Below are positions 56,401 to 64,000 of a stretch of DNA of 64,000 bases, piece by piece. The notes below the pieces were generated by a model. It saw only the letters and a list, made by a program, of their open reading frames with translations, ran no database searches and was not told the DNA's origin. How positions within the stretch are numbered: the stretch's first letter is position 1; each line of letters starts with the position of its first letter. The translations under genes and the position numbers were made by a program. Source of the stretch: the human T2T-CHM13v2.0 reference genome, Homo sapiens; NCBI RefSeq assembly GCF_009914755.1, contig NC_060939.1; one strand, given 5' to 3'.

Positions 56401-58639
56401 CATTCTGGTCCATTCCATTTGATTCCATTCCATTCTATTCCATTCCATACAGTTGCATTCCATTGGATTCCATGCTATATCTATAAATTCAATTCGAGAC
56501 CATTGCTTTTGAGTCCATTCTATATGATTCCATTCCATTCAAGTCCATTACATTTGGTTCAATTCCATTCCATTCCATTCCCTTCCATTCCATTCCATTT
56601 GATATCAATCCATTCGATTCCATTCCATTCGAGCACATTCCATTCGAGTCCATTCCATTCGATGCCATTCCATTTGATTCTATTCCATTAGTCTCCATTC
56701 AATTCCATTAATCTCCATTCCATTCCATTCTACTCCAACTGATTCCATTCCATTCTATTCCTGTCCATTCCATTTCATTCCATTCCATTCCATTCCATTC
56801 CATTCGTGTCCATTCCACTCCAGTCCATTCCATTCGTGTGCATTCCATTCCAGTCCATTCCATTTGTGTCCACTGCATTCCATTCCACTCCATTCCATAT
56901 TATTCCATTACACTCCATTCCATTCTATTACTTTCATTTCCATTCAATTCCATTCCATTTGATTCCATTCCACTCGGTTTCATTCCATTTGAGTCCACTC
57001 CATTCCATTCCATTCCATTCCATTCAGTTCCATTCCATTCTGTTCCATTCCATTCCGTTCCATTACATTCCATTCCATTCGGTACCATTCCATATTGTTC
57101 CATTCGATTCCATTCGAATCCATTCCATTCCAGTCCATTCCATTCGATTCCATTCCATTCATTTCAATTCCATTCCATTCCATTCCATTCCATTCCACTT
57201 GATTCCTCTCCATTCCCTTCCACTGCCTTCCGTTCGATTCCATTCCATTGCATTGCATTCCATTCCATTGGATTGCATTCCATTCGATTCCATTCCATTC
57301 GAATCAATTACATAGCAATCCATTACATTCGAGTCTATTCTCTTCCGTTCCATTCGATTTCGTTCCAATCCATTCGATTCCATTCCATTCGATTCCATTC
57401 CATACTATTGCATTCCATTCGATTACATTATATTCGAATAAGTTCCATTCAAGACCATTTCTTTTGAGTCCATTCTATTTGAGTCCATTCCCTTTGATTC
57501 CATAACATTTGAGTCCATTCAATTCCATTCCTTTCGTTTCCATTCCATTTGATGCCATTCCATTCAATTCTGTTCTACTCGACTCCAATACATTCAATTC
57601 CATTCCATCCGATTCCATTACATTCTTTTCATTTCTTATCCATTTCAAGCCATTCCACTCCATTCCATTCCACTCGTTTCCTTTCCATTCGAGTCCATTC
57701 CTCTCCAGTCCATTCCGTTCAATCCATTCCATTCCAGTCCATTCCATTCGAGTCCGTTCCATTCCAGTCCATTCCATTCGAGTCAATTCCATTCCATTCG
57801 ATGTCTTTCCATAACGATCCATTCCATTCTATTCCTTTCGATTCCATTCCATTCTATTTCATTCCATTCGATTCCCTTCCATTGGACTCCTTTCCATTCG
57901 AGTGCATTCCATTCCATTCCATTTCTTTCCGTTCTGTACGATTCCTACCGTTCGATTTCATTTTGTTCCAGTCCATTCTTTCGCGTCCATTCCATTCCAT
58001 TTCACTCCATTCGATTCCATTCCACTCGATTCCACTTCGTTCCATTTCATTGCATTCCATTCTATTCAACTCTATTGCCTTCCATTCCATTCCATTCGAT
58101 TACATTCCATGCGATTCCATTCGAAATCGAATCAATTACATTGCAATCCATTACTATTGAGTCCGTTTTATTCCAGTCCACTGCATTCTGGTCCATTCCA
58201 TTTGATTCCATTCCATTCTATTCCATTCCATACAGTTGCATTCCATTGGATTCCATGCTATATCTATAAATTCAATTCGAGACCATTGCTTTTGAGTCCA
58301 TTCTATATGATTCCATTCCATTCAAGTCCATTACATTTGGTTCAATTCCATTCCATTCCATTCCCTTCCATTCCATTCCAGTTGATATCAATCCATTCGA
58401 TTCCATTCCATTCGAGCACATTCCATTCGAGTCCATTCCATTCGATGCCATTCCATTTGATTCTATTCCATTAGTCTCCATTCAATTCCATTAATCTCCA
58501 TTCCATTCCATTCTACTCCAACTGATTCCATTCCATTCTATTCCTTTCCATTCCATTTCATTCCATTCCATTCCATTCCATTCCATTCCATTCGTGTCCA
58601 TTCCACTCCAGTCCATTCCATTCGTATCCATTCCATTCC

Positions 58640-61600
58640 AGTCCATTCCATTTGTGTCCACTGCATTCCATTCCACTCCATTCCATATTATTCCATTACA
58701 CTCCATTCCATTCTATTACTTTCATTTCCATTCAATTCCATTCCATTTGATTCCATTCCACTCGGTTTCATTCCATTTGAGTCCACTCCATTCCATTCCA
58801 TTCCATTCAGTTCCATTCCATTCTGTTCCATTCCATTCCGTTCCATTACATTCCATTCCATTCGGTACCATTCCATATTGTTCCATTCGATTCCATTCGA
58901 ATCCATTCCATTCCAGTCCATTCCATTCGATTCCATTCCATTCATTTCAATTCCATTCCATTCCATTCCATTACATTCCACTTGATTCCTCTCCATTCCC
59001 TTCCACTGCATTCCGTTCGATTCCATTCCATTGCATTGCATTCCATTCCATTGGATTGCATTCCATTCGATTCCATTCCATTCGAATCAATTACATAGCA
59101 ATCCATTACATTCGAGTCTATTCTATTCCGTTCCATTCGATTTCGTTCCAATCCATTCGATTCCATTCCATTCGATTCCATTCCATACTATTGCATTCCA
59201 TTCGATTACATTATATTCGAATAAGTTCCATTCAAGACCATTTCTTTTGAGTCCATTCTATTTGAGTCCATTCCCTTTGATTCCATAACATTTGAGTCCA
59301 TTCAATTCCATTCCTTTCGTTTCCATTCCATTTGATGCCATTCCATTCAATTCTGTTCTACTCGACTCCAATACATTCAATTCCATTCCATCCGATTCCA
59401 TTACATTCTTTTCATTTCTTATCCATTTCAAGCCATTCCACTCCATTCCATTCCACTCGTTTCCTTTCCATTCGAGTCCATTACTCTCCAGTCCATTCCG
59501 TTCAATCCATTGCATTCCAGTCCATTCCATTCGAGTCCGTTCCATTCCAGTCCATTCCATTCGAGTCAATTCCATCCCATTCGATGTCTTTCCATAACGA
59601 TCCATTCCATTCTATTCCTTTCGATTCCATTCCATTCTATTTCATTCCATTCGATTCCCTTCCATTGGACTCCTTTCCATTCGAGTGCATTCCATTCCGT
59701 TCCATTTCTTTCCGTTCTGTACGATTCCTACCGTTCGATTTCATTTTGTTCCAGTCCATTCCTTTCGCGTCCATTCCATTCCATTTCACTCCATTCGATT
59801 CCATTCCACTCGATTCCACTTCGTTCCATTTCATTGCATTCCATTCTATTCAACTCTATTGCCTTCCATTCCATTCCATTCGATTACATTCCATGCGATT
59901 CCATTCGAAATCGAATCAATTACATTGCAATCCATTACTATTGAGTCCATTTTATTCCAGTCCACTGCATTCTGGTCCATTCCATTTGATTCCATTCCAT
60001 TCTATTCCATTCCATACAGTTGCATTCCATTGGATTCCATTCTATATCTATAAATTCAATTCGAGACCATTGCTTTTGAGTCCATTCTATATGATTCCAT
60101 TCCATTCAAGTCCATTACATTTGGTTCAATTCCATTCCATTCCATTCCTTTCCATTCCATTCCATTTGATATCAATCCATTCGATTCCATTCCATTCGAG
60201 CACATTCCATTCGAGTCCATTCCATTCGATGCCATTCCATTTGATTCTATTCCATTAGTCTCCATTCAATTCCATTAATCTCCATTCCATTCCATTCTAC
60301 ACCAACTGATTCCATTCCATTCTATTCCTTTCCATTCCATTTCATTCCATTCCATTCCATTCCATTCCATTCCATTCGTGTCCATTCCACTCCAGTCCAT
60401 TCCATTCGTGTCCATTCCGTTCCAGTCCATTCCATTTGTGTCCACTGCATTCCATTCCACTCCATTCCATATTATTCCATTACACTCCATTCCATTCTAT
60501 TACTTTCATTTCCATTCAATTCCATTCCATTTGATTCCATTCCACTCGGTTTCATTCCATTTGAGTCCACTCCATTCCATTCCATTCCATTCAGTTCCAT
60601 TCCATTCTGTTCCATTCCATTCCGTTCCATTACATTCCATTCCATTCGGTACCATTCCATATTGTTCCATTCGATTCCATTCGAATCCATTCCATTCCAG
60701 TCCATTCCATTCGATTCCATTCCATTCATTTCAATTCCATTCCATTCCATTCCATTACATTCCACTTGATTCCTCTCCATTCCCTTCCACTGCATTCCGT
60801 TCGATTCCATTCCATTGCATTGCATTCCATTCCATTGGATTGCATTCCATTCGATTCCATTCCATTCGAATCAATTACATAGCAATCCATTACATTCGAG
60901 TCTATTCTATTCCGTTCCATTCGATTTCGTTCCAATCCATTCGATTCCATTCCATTCGATTCCATTCCATACTATTGCATTCCATTCGATTACATTATAT
61001 TCGAATAAGTTCCATTCAAGACCATTTCTTTTGAGTCCATTCTATTTGAGTCCATTCCCTTTGATTCCATAACATTTGAGTCCATTCAATTCCATTCCTT
61101 TCGTTTCCATTCCATTTGATGCCATTCCATTCAATTCTGTTCTACTCGACTCCAATACATTCAATTCCATTCCATCCGATTCCATTACATTCTTTTCATT
61201 TCTTATCCATTTCAAGCCATTCCACTCCATTCCATTCCACTCGTTTCCTTTCCATTCGAGTCCATTACTCTCCAGTCCATTCCGTTCAATCCATTGCATT
61301 CCAGTCCATTCCATTCGAGTCCGTTCCATTCCAGTCCATTCCATTCGAGTCAATTCCATCCCATTCGATGTCTTTCCATAACGATCCATTCCATTCTATT
61401 CCTTTCGATTCCATTCCATTCTATTTCATTCCATTCGATTCCCTTCCATTGGACTCCTTTCCATTCGAGTGCATTCCATTCCGTTCCATTTCTTTCCGTT
61501 CTGTACGATTCCTACCGTTCGATTTCATTTTGTTCCAGTCCATTCCTTTCGCGTCCATTCCATTCCATTTCACTCCATTCGATTCCATTCCACTCGATTC

Positions 61601-62355
61601 CACTTCGTTCCATTTCATTGCATTCCATTCTATTCAACTCTATTGCCTTCCATTCCATTCCATTCGATTACATTCCATGCGATTCCATTCGAAATCGAAT
61701 CAATTACATTGCAATCCATTACTATTGAGTCCATTTTATTCCAGTCCACTGCATTCTGGTCCATTCCATTTGATTCCATTCCATTCTATTCCATTCCATA
61801 CAGTTGCATTCCATTGGATTCCATTCTATATCTATAAATTCAATTCGAGACCATTGCTTTTGAGTCCATTCTATATGATTCCATTCCATTCAAGTCCATT
61901 ACATTTGGTTCAATTCCATTCCATTCCATTCCTTTCCATTCCATTCCATTTGATATCAATCCATTCGATTCCATTCCATTCGAGCACATTCCATTCGAGT
62001 CCATTCCATTCGATGCCATTCCATTTGATTCTATTCCATTAGTCTCCATTCAATTCCATTAATCTCCATTCCATTCCATTCTACACCAACTGATTCCATT
62101 CCATTCTATTCCTTTCCATTCCATTTCATTCCATTCCATTCCATTCCATTCCATTCCATTCGTGTCCATTCCACTCCAGTCCATTCCATTCGTGTCCATT
62201 CCGTTCCAGTCCATTCCATTTGTGTCCACTGCATTCCATTCCACTCCATTCCATATTATTCCATTACACTCCATTCCATTCTATTACTTTCATTTCCATT
62301 CAATTCCATTCCATTTGATTCCATTCCACTCGGTTTCATTCCATTTGAGTCCACT
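58640..62355 (+). repeat. Recent single-unit tandem duplication (period 1784 bp; U34/U35)
   Basis: The variants TTACTCTCC (~59481/61265) and TTGCATTCCAG (~59510/61294) were seen only in these two units. ORF-track translations are identical at +1784. Confidence 0.85.
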
Positions 62356-62830
62356 CCATTCCATTCCATTCCATTCCATTCAGTTCCATTCCATTCTGTT
62401 CCATTCCATTCCGTTCCATTACATTCCATTCCATTCGGTACCATTCCATATTGTTCCATTCGATTCCATTCGAATCCATTCCATTCCAGTCCATTCCATT
62501 CGATTCCATTCCATTCATTTCAATTCCATTCCATTCCATTCCATTACATTCCACTTGATTCCTCTCCATTCCCTTCCACTGCATTCCGTTCGATTCCATT
62601 CCATTGCATTGCATTCCATTCCATTGGATTGCATTCCATTCGATTCCATTCCATTCGAATCAATTACATAGCAATCCCTTACATTCGAGTCTATTCTATT
62701 CCGTTCCATTCGATTTCGTTCCAATCCATTCGATTCCATTCCATTCGATTCCATTCCATACTATTGCATTCCATTCTATTACATTATATTCGAATAAGTT
62801 CCATTCAAGACCATTTCTTTTGAGTCCATT

Positions 62831-64000
62831 CTATTTGAGTCCATTCCCTTTGATTCCATAACATTTGAGTCCATTCAATTCCATTCCTTTCGTTTCCATT
62901 CCATTTGATGCCATTCCATTCAATTCTGTTCTACTCGACTCCAATACATTCAATTCCATTCCATCCGATTCCATTACATTCTTTTCATTTCTTATCCATT
63001 TCAAGCCATTCCACTCCATTCCACTCCACTCGTTTCCTTTCCATTCGAGTCCATTCCTCTCCAGTCCATTCCGTTCAATCCATTCCATTCCAGTCCATTC
63101 CATTCGAGTCCGTTCCATTCCAGTCCATTCCATTCGAGTCAATTCCATTCCATTCGATGTCTTTCCATAACGATCCATTCCATTCTATTCCTTTCGATTC
63201 CATTCCATTCTATTTCATTCCATTCGATTCCCTTCCATTGGACTCCTTTCCATTCGAGTGCATTCCATTCCGTTCCATTTCTTCCCGTTCTGTACGATTC
63301 CTACCGTTCGATTTCATTTTGTTCCAGTCCATTCTTTCGCGTCCATTCCATTCCATTTCACTCCATTCGATTCCATTCCACTCGATTCCACTTCGTTCCA
63401 TTTCATTGCATTCCATTCTATTCAACTCTATTGCCTTCCATTCCATTCCATTCGATTACATTCCATGCGATTCCATTCGAAATCGAATCAATTACATTGC
63501 AATCCATTACTATTGAGTCCGTTTTATTCCAGTCCACTGCATTCTGGTCCATTCCATTTGATTCCATTCCATTCTATTCCATTCCATACAGTTGCATTCA
63601 ATTGGATTCCATTCTATATCTATAAATTCAATTCGAGACCATTGCTTTTGAGTCCATTCTATATGATTCCATTCCATTCAAGTCCATTACATTTGGTTAA
63701 ATTCCATTCCAATAGGGTCAATTCCATTCCATTCCATTCCCTTCCATTCCATTCCAGTTCATATCAATCCATTCGATTCCATTCCATTCGAGCACATTCC
63801 ATTCGAGTCCATTCCATTCGATGCCATTCCATTTGATTCTATTCCATTAGTCTCCATTCAATTCCATTAATCTCCATTCCATTCCATTCTACTCCAACTG
63901 ATTCCATTCCATTCTATTCCTTTCCATTCCATTTCATTCCATTCCATTCCATTCCATTCCATTCCATTCGTGTCCATTCCACTCCAGTCCATTCCATTCG
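62831..64000 (+). repeat. Partial unit U36, truncated by the window end
   Basis: Same landmarks as the other units up to the CGTGTCC region. The array continues beyond the window. Confidence 0.9.

Larger units (their letters stand above)
79..62830 (+). repeat. 35 tandem copies of a ~1.79 kb higher-order unit, consistent with D15Z1 (chr15p 1.8 kb KpnI satellite III, HSat3A5-type)
   Basis: The same anchor recurs at 79, 1828, 3612, 5426, 7214, 9008, 10817, 12605, 14399, 16208, 18017, 19831, 21620, 23393, 25186, 26980, 28769, 30573, 32347, 34140, 35949, 37738, 39527, 41310, 43118, 44907, 46696, 48495, 50299, 52113, 53907, 55691, 57475, 59258, 61042 and 62831. One KpnI site (GGTACC, first at 1444-1449) occurs in 31 of 35 units. 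The period is read directly from the sequence; the D15Z1/chr15 label is from recalled knowledge of the 1.8 kb KpnI SatIII family. Confidence 0.85.
1..64000 (+). repeat. Human satellite III (HSat3) pericentromeric/acrocentric heterochromatin array, diverged (CATTC)n / (GAATG)n
   Basis: Continuous ATTCC/CATTC pentamers end to end, with long pure runs (e.g. 3296-3333, 51401-51443) and variant pentamers (ATTCG, AGTCC, ACTCC, ATTTG). The CATTCGATTCCATTCGATGAT-type 23/26-mer pattern typical of HSat2 is not seen. Orientation is uniform throughout. Confidence 0.98.

Noticed and set aside
79-63836. Hundreds of ORFs up to 313 aa (SIPFH-rich on +, MEWNG-rich on -)
   Set aside because: These are direct translations of (CATTC)n/(GAATG)n, which lacks stop codons in all frames. 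They overlap in all six frames, have no recognisable domains, and are freely frameshifted or truncated among units.
1-64000. CRISPR-like or prokaryotic repeat system
   Set aside because: There are no unique spacers, no cas genes and no non-repetitive sequence. It is a homogeneous eukaryotic tandem satellite.
1-64000. HSat2 (1.77 kb chr1 unit) or DYZ1 (3.5 kb Y unit) identity
   Set aside because: It lacks the HSat2 GATGAT-containing 23/26-mers. There is no alternating dimer giving a 3.5 kb period, and EcoRI sites are sporadic rather than one per unit.
1-64000. Canonical heat-shock elements (nGAAnnTTCnnGAAn)
   Set aside because: GAA units are head-to-tail on the minus strand. The few + strand GAA trinucleotides (TTCGAA, GAATAAGTTC) did not show canonical inverted spacing by eye. 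HSF1 binding is not excluded, but no site can be called.
1-64000. Transposon insertion, strand inversion, CENP-B box or array boundary
   Set aside because: None seen. All inter-anchor distances are within 1749-1814 bp, leaving no room for an insert, and the C-rich strand stays on + throughout.

Overview
The whole 64 kb window is one uninterrupted classical satellite III (HSat3) array. It is a diverged (CATTC)n pentamer with the C-rich strand on +, and I see no inversion and no Alu, L1 or other insertion. The pentamers form a ~1.79 kb higher-order unit: 35 complete copies plus a partial one, 1749-1814 bp, mean ~1793 bp. Most units carry one KpnI site, which matches the known 1.8 kb KpnI satellite D15Z1 (HSat3A5-type) of human 15p; that assignment comes from recalled knowledge, not a search. 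All ORFs in the track are translation artefacts of the pentamer, and no gene is supported. I found no new protein-coding or RNA system. The informative signal is the array's internal history. It includes a recent 5391 bp (3-unit) tandem duplication, a ~7.4 kb block repeated at a 5-unit offset, other blocks related at 5- and 10-unit offsets, and a fresh single-unit duplication. It also includes two interleaved sub-haplotypes with recombinant units, indels quantised to 5/15/25 bp, and a few once-per-unit non-pentamer motifs. Units are numbered U1-U36 from anchors at 79, 1828, 3612, and so on. Comparisons were made by eye, so breakpoints are approximate.
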